This document shows, piece after piece, positions 40,786 through 50,200 of a stretch of 64,000 nt of DNA. A model generated the notes under the pieces. That model searched no databases. It saw only the letters and a program-made list of their open reading frames with translations, and was not told the origin of the DNA. Position 1 is the first letter of the stretch, and each line of letters opens with the position of its first letter. The DNA lies in assembly GCA_965601925.1 (NCBI GenBank), contig OZ271854.1:896001-960000 (forward strand), read 5' to 3'. The position numbers were made by a program, and so were the translations under genes. This DNA is from Alkalispirochaeta sp. (GTDB taxonomy: Bacteria; Spirochaetota; Spirochaetia; DSM-27196; Alkalispirochaetaceae).

Positions 40786-41802
40786 TTAGCTCTTTTGAAT
40801 GTTCTTGCGAACGTCGATGATGACGGCAGCGACTATGATAATTGCCTGCATTACTTGTTGAAAGTCTGCCGAGACATTGAGTAGATCGAGTCCGTTTTTC
40901 ATCACCCCGACGATCAGCGCCCCTACCAGCGCTCCGGCCGCGGTACCGAGACCGCCTTGGAGGCTCGTACCGCCGATGACCGACGCGGCGATCGCATCCA
41001 GCTCGTACATCACGCCCAAACCGGGTTGGCCCGACCCGATCCGCGAGGTTAAGACGATCGAAGATACCGCCGCGAGGAATCCGGCGTAGGCAAACACCTG
41101 TATCAGATAGCGGTCGACGTTGATACCGGAGACTACGGCGGCCCGGCGGTTGCTGCCCAGAGCGTACGTATAGCGCCCCCACAGTGTGTGTTTCAGGATG
41201 ATATGCGTTACCACCACGCAGACCAACAACACCCAAACGGGATTCGGAATGCCGAGAATCGAACCTTGACCGATCATCATGAAACGCTGCGCGAGGCTGC
41301 CGCGCGGCCGGCCGTCGGAGTAGATGAACGCCCAGCCCCTGGCAAAGGTCATCATGCCGAGGGTGGCGATAAATGCCGGAATTTTCGCCTTGGCCACGAG
41401 AAGACCGTTCACCAGCCCGGCCCCGGCGCCGACCGCCAGGCCGATCAGTATCACCGGCACGATCGGCCACGGCGACCCGCCGGCAAAGAGTCGGTCCGGC
41501 GCATCGATCGTCTGGATCAAACTGCCGACGATCACCGACACCAGGGCGACGACCGAACCCGATGAGAGGTCGATCCCTCCGGTAATGATCACCATCGTCA
41601 CGCCCAATGCGATAATCGCCACCACGCTGACCTGCCGCAGCACGTTGAGCAAATTGCGTACGCGGAGAAACACGCCGCCGGTCAGAATCGAAATGAGAAT
41701 GACGAGACCGACGAGAATCAACAGTATGCTGTAGTTGCGGAAGAAGGTGTTCCAATCGATTTTGCCGCCGCGGATCTTCGCTGGTCCTTCCACTTCACTC
41801 AT
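40786..41802 (-). CDS. Sugar (inositol) ABC permease, RbsC type
   Basis: GIDLSSGS, IPAFIATLG and YELDAIAASVIGGTSL.GG.G. Confidence 0.93.
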   Translation of the reverse strand: MSEVEGPAKIRGGKIDWNTFFRNYSILLILVGLVILISILTGGVFLRVRNLLNVLRQVSVVAIIALGVTMVIITGGIDLSSGSVVALVSVIVGSLIQTIDAPDRLFAGGSPWPIVPVILIGLAVGAGAGLVNGLLVAKAKIPAFIATLGMMTFARGWAFIYSDGRPRGSLAQRFMMIGQGSILGIPNPVWVLLVCVVVTHIILKHTLWGRYTYALGSNRRAAVVSGINVDRYLIQVFAYAGFLAAVSSIVLTSRIGSGQPGLGVMYELDAIAASVIGGTSLQGGLGTAAGALVGALIVGVMKNGLDLLNVSADFQQVMQAIIIVAAVIIDVRKNIQKS

Positions 41803-41813
41803 CGGGGTGCTCC

Positions 41814-43340
41814 TTAGTAGTAGTGCACGTCGGTAAACGTGTGTAACGGTTCACCGGTGGCCATGTGCAGAATCTTCTCCTGGCTCGCCTCATCCCGGTC
41901 GATCTCGCCGACCTTGCGTCCCTCGTGCATCACCACGATCCGGTCCGACATCGCAAGAATCTCCGGCAGCTCGGAGGAGACCATAATGATCGCCTTGCCG
42001 CGTCCCGCCAAATCGCCCATCAGGCGATAGATCTCGCTCTTGGCCCCGACATCGATACCCCGCGTCGGCTCGTCGAGAATCAGCACCTCGGGCTCGGTAG
42101 CCAGCCAACGCGACACCAACACCTTCTGCTGATTGCCTCCGCTGAGGTACATCACCAGCTGTTCCAAGCTCGGTGTCTTGATCGCAAGACGGTCCAGCGC
42201 CCGGTCGCAGATCGAACGGATCGCGCGGTGGTCGATAAACGGGCCGTGCATGTGACGCGCTACGCTCGCGATCGCAATGTTGTCGCGAACCGAAAGGTTA
42301 AGGTACGCGCCGGAGCCCTTGCGATCCTCGGTAAGAAAGGCCATGCGGTACCCGATCGCGTCGTGGGGGCTACGGATATCGACCGTCCGGCCGTGGATCT
42401 TAACGGTACCGGCGTGGTGCGGCGTGACACCGAACAGCGCCTCCATCACTTCGGTCCTGCCGGCACCGATCAGACCGGCAAAGCCGAGTATCTCTCCCCG
42501 GCGCACGGAAAAATCGATCTCTTCGAACACTCCGCGACGCGTCAGCCCCTCCACCTCCAACACAACGTCGCCGGGGACCGCCGTCTCCTTGTGGAAAAAA
42601 CTGTCCATCGAACGGCCGACCATCATACGAATGAGCGACTCCTTGGTCAGGTTCGACGATCGATCCGATCCGACATATTCTCCGTCGCGATATACCGTGA
42701 CCTCGTCGGTGACGGCGAACACCTCGTCCATCTTGTGTGTGATGTAGATCACCGCAACTCCGCGCCCCTTGAGGTCGCCGATGATCCGAAAGAGGTGCGC
42801 CACCTCCTTTTCCGTGAGCGCCGAGGTCGGCTCGTCCATGATCACCAACTTGGCGTTGTACGAGACCGCCTTGGCGATCTCGACCAACTGCATCTGCGCC
42901 ACGCTTAGCGTGCCCATCGTATCGGTGGGTCGGAGGTCGATCTGTAGGTCCCGTAGGATCGCCGCGGTCGCGTCGTTGATCGCCTTGTGGTCGATGAGCT
43001 TGAGCTTGGTCAGTTTTTCACGACCGAGAAAGATGTTTTGCGCAACGGTCATATACGGGAGCGGGTTCAACTCCTGGTGAATCATCGAGATGCCCAACGC
43101 GAGCGACTCGTGAATCGTCGACATCGACACCGGCGAACCGCAAAATCGAATGGTCCCGCCGTCCGGGCGGTACAGTCCGATCGCGATCTTCATCAGGGTC
43201 GACTTACCCGCTCCGTTCTCGCCCATCACACCGTGGACCGTCGCCGGCCGGACGCGTAGGTCCACCCCCTTGAGCGCTTTGACGCCGGGAAACGTTTTGA
43301 CGATTCGTTCCAGCTCGAGCACGTAGTCCGACACCGCCAC
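41814..43340 (-). CDS. Sugar (inositol) ABC ATPase, RbsA/MglA type
   Basis: GENGAGKST, DEPTSAL, LSGGNQQK and DEPTRGIDVGAK. Confidence 0.95.
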   Translation of the reverse strand: MAVSDYVLELERIVKTFPGVKALKGVDLRVRPATVHGVMGENGAGKSTLMKIAIGLYRPDGGTIRFCGSPVSMSTIHESLALGISMIHQELNPLPYMTVAQNIFLGREKLTKLKLIDHKAINDATAAILRDLQIDLRPTDTMGTLSVAQMQLVEIAKAVSYNAKLVIMDEPTSALTEKEVAHLFRIIGDLKGRGVAVIYITHKMDEVFAVTDEVTVYRDGEYVGSDRSSNLTKESLIRMMVGRSMDSFFHKETAVPGDVVLEVEGLTRRGVFEEIDFSVRRGEILGFAGLIGAGRTEVMEALFGVTPHHAGTVKIHGRTVDIRSPHDAIGYRMAFLTEDRKGSGAYLNLSVRDNIAIASVARHMHGPFIDHRAIRSICDRALDRLAIKTPSLEQLVMYLSGGNQQKVLVSRWLATEPEVLILDEPTRGIDVGAKSEIYRLMGDLAGRGKAIIMVSSELPEILAMSDRIVVMHEGRKVGEIDRDEASQEKILHMATGEPLHTFTDVHYY

Positions 43341-43366
43341 TCCTCACGCGCCGCCGCGACGCATGC

Positions 43367-43398
43367 GCTCGGCAGCTCCGGAACCGGAGAAGCCGAGC
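43367..43398 (-). other. Stem-loop after the inositol binding-protein gene
   Basis: GCTCGGC-ag-CTCCGG-aa-CCGGAG-aa-GCCGAGC interrupted inverted repeat between the binding-protein and ATPase genes. Confidence 0.5.
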
Positions 43399-43416
43399 CG
43401 TCGTCTTGAGAGTTTT

Positions 43417-44349
43417 CTACCGGTAGTCCCCGTAGTTATCGCCGGTGACCGGCTCGAACGGGATCTCGACAAAGTTGTCGACCGCCTCGCCGTTAACCAG
43501 CCGCAACGCGGTATCGACCGCGCCGCGCCCCTGGGCGCCCGCATTTTGAAAGACCGTCATATCCAGACGGCCGGATGCGATAAACTGAAGCGCATCGGGG
43601 GTTGCGTCCACGCCGGTTACGATCACCTGGTCCTTGAGCCCGGCCTCCTCGAGCACGAGAACCGCGCCGATCGCCATTTCGTCGTTGTTGGCGATAATCG
43701 CGTCGATCCGATCGCCGCTGTTGAGCCAGTTTTCAACGACGGCGACCGCCTCGGCGCGTTGGAAATCGGCGGTTTGCTCACGAATCACGGAGATATCGGG
43801 GTACTGGGCAAAGGCGTCTTTTGCTCCCTGGGTACGACCGATCTGCGGTGCGGAACCCATCGAACCCATCAGGATCGCCACGTTGCCTCGACCGCCCAGC
43901 TCGCCGGCGACAAACGCCGCCTGCAACGCACCGGCCACCGGCTCCGGCGACGCGACGGCGACGATCAGGTCACCCTCGAGTGCCGTATCGTCGGGGCGAC
44001 GGTTGACATACACCATCGGAATGCCCGCCTCGCGCGCCTGGCGGCTCATCTCGGGTGCCAAGGTCTGATCGATCACATGGATAATGATCGCATCGACGCC
44101 CTGGGTAATGAAGTTCTCCACCTGCTGCAACTGCTGGTTGGGATCGCGATCTCCGTTGGCGGCGCTCACCGTTACGCCACGCGACTCGGCCTCATCCATC
44201 AGCTCGTCGAGTAGAAAGCGCATAAACACGTCGTTGAAGTCCTCGATCGTGACACCGAGGGTAATCTCGCCGTCCTCCCCACTTCCGGCGGCAAAGAGGG
44301 GGCTCGCAACGATCAGCGACATGCACACGAACGTTAGCAGTCGTCTCAT
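43417..44349 (-). CDS. Sugar (inositol) ABC substrate-binding protein, RbsB type
   Basis: Signal peptide, QQLQQVENFITQGVDAII, ANNDEMAIGA, GVDATPDA and TVFQNA..QG. Confidence 0.92.
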   Translation of the reverse strand: MRRLLTFVCMSLIVASPLFAAGSGEDGEITLGVTIEDFNDVFMRFLLDELMDEAESRGVTVSAANGDRDPNQQLQQVENFITQGVDAIIIHVIDQTLAPEMSRQAREAGIPMVYVNRRPDDTALEGDLIVAVASPEPVAGALQAAFVAGELGGRGNVAILMGSMGSAPQIGRTQGAKDAFAQYPDISVIREQTADFQRAEAVAVVENWLNSGDRIDAIIANNDEMAIGAVLVLEEAGLKDQVIVTGVDATPDALQFIASGRLDMTVFQNAGAQGRGAVDTALRLVNGEAVDNFVEIPFEPVTGDNYGDYR

Positions 44350-44375
44350 GCTGTCCTCCTTATTGGAATAACTTC

Positions 44376-44570
44376 AGCGTAGGAGCACTTTGTGCAGTTG
44401 TCAATGAAAAACAAACGTTTGCATTCAAAAAAACGATTTCAAGATGAAATGTTATTATTTATAATACAATAATTTATTAACGATTAACAGTGGATCAAGA
44501 GTGTTTTCAAATTGCCTCTATGCAAACGCTGCTTTGCAAACTTGCAAAAAGCGGTCAACAGAGGTAGGCT
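44376..44570. promoter_or_regulatory. Divergent promoters of the iol ABC operon and iolE with LacI-type operators
   Basis: On -, TTGACA (44404-44399), 17 nt, TACGCT (44381-44376). On +, TTGCAA (44542-44547), 17 nt, TAGGCT (44565-44570). Palindrome CAAACGTTTG at 44412-44421 and TGCAAACGCTGC at 44521-44532; AT-rich spacer. Confidence 0.65.
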
Positions 44571-44598
44571 GCATTCTCGGAGGGAAGGAGGACATGTT

Positions 44599-45498
44599 GT
44601 GATTCGTATCGCCAACGCGCCGTGTTCTTGGGGCGTTTTAGAGTTCGATCTGGCCGGTGAGACGGTCGACTACCGGCAATTCTTGAATGAGCTCGTGGAG
44701 ACCGGCTATGCCGGAACGGAGTTGGGCGATTGGGGATTTATGCCTACCGATGCCGCGGCACTGGGCGACGAGCTTCGGGCGCGAAACGTCGAGTTGGTCG
44801 GCGCGTTCGTACCGATGGCGTTGGCCGACCCGACGCGTCACGAAGAGGGTATTCGGGCCGGGGAGCGGACCGGATCGCTAATGGCGTCCGCCGGCTTTCC
44901 GGAGGCGTTGGTGGTCCTCGCCGACGACAACGGCACCGTCGCCGCGCGCACGGACAACGCGGGACGTGTCACGCCCGATACCGCCCTGGACGCCGACGAC
45001 TGGCGGCGCGTCACCGATGCGACGGCGCTGTTTGCACGCCGGGTTCGTGACGCGTCCGGCCTATCGACCGTCTTCCACCACCACTGCGCCGGCTATGTCG
45101 AAACGCCGGCCGAGATCGAAAAACTACTGGCCTCCACATCGGAGGAGACGTTGGGATTGGTGCTCGATATGGGACACTACCGGTTTGCCGGAGGGTATCC
45201 GGAAGCCGCGTTACGCTTGTTCGGCGATCGTATCCGACACATCCATTACAAGGACTGTTCGACGCAGCTTGCGGCGCAATCGCGAGCCGAAGGGTGGGAC
45301 TACTTCACGTCGGTCGGCAAAGGCGTCTTCTGCGAGCTGGGCACCGGTACGGTCGATTTTGCCGCTATCACCGCGGAGCTGACCCGCAGAGGATACGACG
45401 GATGGATCGTCGTCGAGCAGGACGTGCTCCCGGGTATGGGTAGTCCCAAGGAGACGGCGCGTCGCAATCGAGCGTTCCTGAACTCTCTTGGGTTGTAG
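44599..45498 (+). CDS. iolE: Inosose dehydratase-like TIM-barrel protein (IolE/MocC family)
   Basis: IANAPCSWG, GYAGTELG, FHHH..GYVET, LDMGH, HIHYKD, FCELGTG.VDF and GWIVVEQD. GTG start after GGAGG. Confidence 0.8.
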   Translation: MIRIANAPCSWGVLEFDLAGETVDYRQFLNELVETGYAGTELGDWGFMPTDAAALGDELRARNVELVGAFVPMALADPTRHEEGIRAGERTGSLMASAGFPEALVVLADDNGTVAARTDNAGRVTPDTALDADDWRRVTDATALFARRVRDASGLSTVFHHHCAGYVETPAEIEKLLASTSEETLGLVLDMGHYRFAGGYPEAALRLFGDRIRHIHYKDCSTQLAAQSRAEGWDYFTSVGKGVFCELGTGTVDFAAITAELTRRGYDGWIVVEQDVLPGMGSPKETARRNRAFLNSLGL

Positions 45499-45542
45499 CC
45501 GCCGGCCCGACGGAGCGAGGGGATGCGCTTCGGTGGGCGAAC

Positions 45543-46736
45543 CTACGTATGTCGCGGTTGCACGCTCTCGTCCAGTATCGGCAACTCCTCAAAATCACCG
45601 ATCGTGACGAGATACATATTCGAGTATGCCGTAAGGTCCGACGTGTAGAGGATGCTCCTTCCATCGGGTGTAAACCGCGGGTGGGGGTGGGCGTGCTGGT
45701 CGTTGAAAGTGCTGCGATGATAGGCGAGGATGCGCGGTCCCTCGTACGCCGTACCGTTCCATCGAAAGAGCTGAATAAAGGGCTGCGCGACTCCCTGATG
45801 GGTGAAGACCGCCGCCGGCGAGCCGTCTCCCACCACGAGCGATTCGTCCAAACTGTGAAAGTGGGTCGAGCGGAAGGGGAAGTGCCGCTCCACGTGATCT
45901 CGGTTGTCCCACGTGATGAATCCGAAGACGTGATCCCCCGTACCGTCGCGTCGCGCCCCGTGGTAGCCGATCCGCCGTCCGTCGGCAAACCAGTACTCGT
46001 GTCCCACCGCCAAGTCGAGGCCGTCGTCCTGGGGGCGGATCTTCCACGACTCGCCGGTCTCGATATTGAGCCCCCAGATGCGCTGCTCGACGAGGTCCCA
46101 CGGACCCTCGTGACAGAAGGTCATGATCCGCGGCAATGAGGGTGAGGTGTTGAGGTGCGTGATATATCGACGGTCCTCGTGCAGTACCTCCGTCTCTCCC
46201 GTTTGCACATCGGTCCGCGTGATGCGGGTGAGGGGGCGTCCGTCGTAGAGTCTCCTGAAGCCGGAGTAAGAGAAGGTGATCCCCCCGTCTCCCGACTCGA
46301 TCGGTTCCTGGAGCTTGCTGATCACGTAGCGACCGTCGGCGGTCGGGTTGGCACGCTCCCCGGGGTCCATGCCTTGGGGTGCCTCGTAGATCGTCCGCTC
46401 GTCACGGCTCGCGGGATCGAGTTCCATCAATCGTCGTCCGTCCCAGAAGTAGAGGCGCGCGTTTGCCTCGCTCCAGCAGGCGTGGGGGCGCCGACGCTCG
46501 GTAAAATCGGTCAGCTGGGTAATCGCGTAGTCGTCGAGATCGTAGCGGTAGATGTTGCTCCGGTTCCCACGGTCGGAGGTGAACAGGAACGAACGGCCCG
46601 ATGCGAGCCAGCACGGATCGGTAAAGTAGAAGTGGTTGGAATGTCCCAAGTAGTCGGTCAGACGAGTTATCTCCCGCCCGCTGTACTCGTCGCGATACCG
46701 AAGAATCGGGTCGCGATAGACGGTGCCTTTTGCCAT
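45543..46736 (-). CDS. Oligogalacturonate lyase-family beta-propeller
   Basis: HFYFT, FCHEGPW..VEQRIW, GHEYW and QHAHPHPRFTPDG; no signal peptide. Confidence 0.8.
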   Translation of the reverse strand: MAKGTVYRDPILRYRDEYSGREITRLTDYLGHSNHFYFTDPCWLASGRSFLFTSDRGNRSNIYRYDLDDYAITQLTDFTERRRPHACWSEANARLYFWDGRRLMELDPASRDERTIYEAPQGMDPGERANPTADGRYVISKLQEPIESGDGGITFSYSGFRRLYDGRPLTRITRTDVQTGETEVLHEDRRYITHLNTSPSLPRIMTFCHEGPWDLVEQRIWGLNIETGESWKIRPQDDGLDLAVGHEYWFADGRRIGYHGARRDGTGDHVFGFITWDNRDHVERHFPFRSTHFHSLDESLVVGDGSPAAVFTHQGVAQPFIQLFRWNGTAYEGPRILAYHRSTFNDQHAHPHPRFTPDGRSILYTSDLTAYSNMYLVTIGDFEELPILDESVQPRHT

Positions 46737-46742
46737 ATGCCC

Positions 46743-47474
46743 TCACAGTCCCTCGCCGCGGAGAAACTCCACAAACGGACCGGGGCGGTCGAGATTGACC
46801 ATATCGTAGTTCAACTCGACGACCCTCCGGTACAACGCGTGGAGCTCCTCGGCGTTCGCGGCGCTCTTTCCAAAGACGTTCGCCATCATCTTTATACCCA
46901 GCTCGCGACAGGCCGCCGCCACCGCCGGCGTCGCCTCGTTCGGCCCCTGTTCGACGATCTGATGGTCGAAGAGCGCTTTGTGGCGGCGCACATCCTCAGG
47001 GGTGCGACTGTTCATCTTGAGCGGAATGTCCGGCGCCAGCGCGCGAAACCGCTGCGCTCTGCGATCGAAGGGAAACCAAAAGAAGACGTGGGCCTCCATG
47101 CCGCGCTCGCGAATCATCCGCACGATACGGCGAAGACTGCCAGCCTTGACGTCCAAGTAGACCTTTGTACGGCCTCGTGCCCAGTCCAGGAACGCCTCCA
47201 GACGCGGCACACGCTCCCCCGCAAACTCGGGTGAGAACCACGACCCGGCGTCGAGGCGATCGATGTAGCGCGACGTCCGCAGAGCGATGGGACCGGTGCC
47301 GTCGGTGGTGCGGTTGAGGGTGGGATCGTGCATGACGTAGTGCTCGCCGTCCAGGCTTCGCCAGACGTCGATCTCTACGTAGTCCGCTCCCAGATCGACG
47401 CACGCTTGGGCGGAGGCCATGGTGTTCTCCGGAGCGATGTCGGCCGCCCCGCGGTGCACGACGATTTCCATCAC
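46743..47474 (-). CDS. Glycerophosphodiester phosphodiesterase (GDPD) family
   Basis: HRGA...PENT, EIDV, HD.TL.RTT.G.G, LDAGSWF..EFAGERVP.L. Confidence 0.92.
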   Translation of the reverse strand: MMEIVVHRGAADIAPENTMASAQACVDLGADYVEIDVWRSLDGEHYVMHDPTLNRTTDGTGPIALRTSRYIDRLDAGSWFSPEFAGERVPRLEAFLDWARGRTKVYLDVKAGSLRRIVRMIRERGMEAHVFFWFPFDRRAQRFRALAPDIPLKMNSRTPEDVRRHKALFDHQIVEQGPNEATPAVAAACRELGIKMMANVFGKSAANAEELHALYRRVVELNYDMVNLDRPGPFVEFLRGEGL

Positions 47475-49231
47475 GCTCCGGTTCCCCTCTCTCGCGAACC
47501 GGGGCGACCGCTGAGCGTGAGTATCGCGGTACCCGGTACGAGAAACGATCCGTGGATAATCTGAAGCGGCGGACGGTGTTTCTCACGCTCCATGGCACGT
47601 CGCATCCGGTCGTGGTCGCCGTAGTCGCGCTCCGCCGGAATCCACGGGTCGCCGCGCTGTGCCTCCAAGGTGATGTCGATCTGTGATGTACCGTTCTCGA
47701 CCGTCGCGCGGCGGGGCTCCGCGTTCCACCCCTCCACCTCGACGGCGGATTCCGGATCGACGGCGATCTCGACGCACAACGCGACCGCCGTAGTCGAGCG
47801 CCCCTCGAAGGCGACCTCACACCGAGATCCGGCGCTGCGGACTGCAATGGAGAGTCCCACGGACTGTACGTTGGAACGCGCCCGCTCCGGGAGATCCGTT
47901 GCGCTCCAGAAACGACCGTCGCCGGTGGTAAGCGCATAGCGACCGTCGGGGCGCCGTTTTTCCGGCGGGAGCGGCTGGAAGTAACCGACCTCGCGCGCCG
48001 CTTCCAACCGGCACAGGCCGGCACCGGGCGACACCATACGGGGGCGCAGATAGCCGATGTTGAAGAATCGCGGCACGATACGCACCCAACGGATCGACGC
48101 CGGACCGACACAAAAGGTGAGGAAGGTCGGGTTACCGGCACGCCCCGAGACCTCCGGCGTCACCTCGCCGTCGCTCCAGCGGTCGTGCCCTCCGAAGATC
48201 GTGACCGCTACCTCTCCGCGTCGCTCCCGGTAGAGGCCCGACTCCGCGAAGATAGCGGCAAAGTCGGTAGGCACCGTGGCCGTATCGCCGCCGGGCAGCG
48301 CGGCCCTCATCGCGGGAAAGGCAAAAAAGGCGATCGCGTGGCCGGAGAGAGGGGTGCCGTGGTCACCGTTCCAACGCTCCAAGGAGCGCGCGGCCGCAGC
48401 GAAGCGCGGATTGCCGTCTATGGCGGCCAAGACCCGCAACGGCACGTAGTAGTTGAACCACCGGAGGGTCGTGTCGTACTGGTCTTGCCGCCGAGAGGCG
48501 GTGGTGTCGATGCGCCCGTCGGGCTGGGCTAAGAGGAGTGTCGTCTCCAAATTGCGGCGCACCGGTTCCAACAGCTCGTCTCGTCCCAACAGGAGGGCGA
48601 CGTTGAGGAGCGCCGAGGAGGACACTGCGGAGTAAATGCCCGAGCTGTGCTCCGAGTACTGACCGTCCTCGTCGATGTCGATACCTTCGGTGAGCCACTC
48701 ATCGATCCGAGCGAGATACTCCGACCTCCCGTAGAGACGGTAGGCAAAGGCGAGGGCCGAGGAGACGACCCACCGGTGGTTGGGAGTGTGCACGCCCCCG
48801 GTCACGAGGGCGGTGGCGGCACGACGCATGAACTCGTTCGCCCCGGCGACGACATCGGCGAGGGCGGGCGAAGGAATCTGTGTGCCGTAGACCTCCCGGA
48901 GTGCGAGGAGCGCGGCGCCGACGGTCTCCATCACGAACCCCGTATCCGGCGGCGTCCTGATATTGGACCCGTCGATCGTACCGTCGGGGTTCTGCAGCGC
49001 CAGAAGCGACCGGGCGTCGGCGGCGATCTCCCGCGCGAGTGCTTCACGTTCTTCGCCGCCTTCGCCCCGCACCCCGGTGAGGCCGAGGTAGCGGACCACG
49101 CCGGCGCAGACGGCGCCACCAATCGGCCGCGCCCCTGCGCCGGCGCGCACGGCGGAAGAGTACGTCACGGCGTCGATAATCGCGCGAGCCCCTCGATCGA
49201 GACTGCGTACGAGATCATGTTTCGCGTTCAC
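47471..49231 (-). CDS. Conserved-looking hypothetical protein (helical N-domain plus beta C-domain)
   Basis: 586-aa ORF translationally coupled on both sides; motif-like segments PPDTGF, GGVHTPNHRWV, DGQYSEHS..Y and SRRQD. Confidence 0.7.
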   Translation of the reverse strand: MNAKHDLVRSLDRGARAIIDAVTYSSAVRAGAGARPIGGAVCAGVVRYLGLTGVRGEGGEEREALAREIAADARSLLALQNPDGTIDGSNIRTPPDTGFVMETVGAALLALREVYGTQIPSPALADVVAGANEFMRRAATALVTGGVHTPNHRWVVSSALAFAYRLYGRSEYLARIDEWLTEGIDIDEDGQYSEHSSGIYSAVSSSALLNVALLLGRDELLEPVRRNLETTLLLAQPDGRIDTTASRRQDQYDTTLRWFNYYVPLRVLAAIDGNPRFAAAARSLERWNGDHGTPLSGHAIAFFAFPAMRAALPGGDTATVPTDFAAIFAESGLYRERRGEVAVTIFGGHDRWSDGEVTPEVSGRAGNPTFLTFCVGPASIRWVRIVPRFFNIGYLRPRMVSPGAGLCRLEAAREVGYFQPLPPEKRRPDGRYALTTGDGRFWSATDLPERARSNVQSVGLSIAVRSAGSRCEVAFEGRSTTAVALCVEIAVDPESAVEVEGWNAEPRRATVENGTSQIDITLEAQRGDPWIPAERDYGDHDRMRRAMEREKHRPPLQIIHGSFLVPGTAILTLSGRPGSRERGTGA

Positions 49232-50142
49232 GTATGCGCTCCTTCTCGTTCCGCCTCGAGTCGCTCGATTAAGGAGAGCAATTCGAGCGGTTTCTTGATC
49301 GTATGGTCCGGAACCTCGCTCGAGTCCGCCGGTACCTTCGCACGTCTGGGGGCCCAGTCGAGCCAGACGGAGGTGAGCCCCTCGTCGTTCGCTCCTTTGA
49401 TATCGCGAAAGAGATTGTTACCGACCATGACGACGTTGTGACGCTCGTCGGCGGGAATATCGAGGGCGTCGAGGGCCGTGCGGAACATGCGTGCATCGGG
49501 CTTGAGAGCCCCAACCTCACCGGAGATGGCGTAGGCGTCGAAGAGCCGCCAGAGGCCGCGGGGTTTCAGGACGTTCTCGAACGTTGCACGCGGGCCGTCG
49601 GCGACGAGCGCCAAGGTATGGCCCCTCCGCTTGAGGCGCCGCACCATCCGCGCGGCCCCGGGAATGAGCCGAGCGTTCCGGGTAACACCGTCGGCGTCCT
49701 TCACCTCCGTTCCCTCGTCGGCAATGGTGTCGCCGCAATCGAGGAAGACGACGATACGTCGCAGCCGCGGCTCGGGTCCCACCAAACCTTCGATCGCCTC
49801 GTTCTGCAGGCGGTCACGCATCGTCGTCAGCGACCGGAGTAGCTCCCTGCGCGACGTTTCGTCCGCGAAGGCCGGCGACCGTGTGAAATGAGTGATCAGC
49901 TTCTCGATACGCCGGTTCGCCTCCTCGCGAGCCTGCGCTTCGGCCCCAGGATGAGACGTCTCGAGCTCCTGAGAGACCCACGAGCGGGGTATCCGGCCGG
50001 TGGCATAGATCATCTGTGCGACGCGATGGGTGTAAAGGGTGCTCCTGCCCACCGCCCCACCGACAAAACGTGACAGTCCATGAACTCCAAATGCGAGGCC
50101 GAAGACGACGAGGAGAAAGAGTACGAGTGTCCACCACAGCAT
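49228..50142 (-). CDS. HAD-superfamily hydrolase fused to an N-terminal membrane-anchored domain
   Basis: N-terminal TM helix; HAD motif I FLDCGDT, motif III KPD and motif IV GNNLFRD; SD GGAGGG. Confidence 0.8.
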   Translation of the reverse strand: MLWWTLVLFLLVVFGLAFGVHGLSRFVGGAVGRSTLYTHRVAQMIYATGRIPRSWVSQELETSHPGAEAQAREEANRRIEKLITHFTRSPAFADETSRRELLRSLTTMRDRLQNEAIEGLVGPEPRLRRIVVFLDCGDTIADEGTEVKDADGVTRNARLIPGAARMVRRLKRRGHTLALVADGPRATFENVLKPRGLWRLFDAYAISGEVGALKPDARMFRTALDALDIPADERHNVVMVGNNLFRDIKGANDEGLTSVWLDWAPRRAKVPADSSEVPDHTIKKPLELLSLIERLEAEREGAHT

Positions 50143-50200
50143 CCGACCCTCCGTTCTGAAAAACGCAACTAAGCTATCATGCGTTATATTGTGAATTCTT

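Noticed and set aside
44420..44512. Very AT-rich island
   Set aside because: It lies between divergent promoters and is explained as regulatory DNA; no evidence for an origin or foreign insert.
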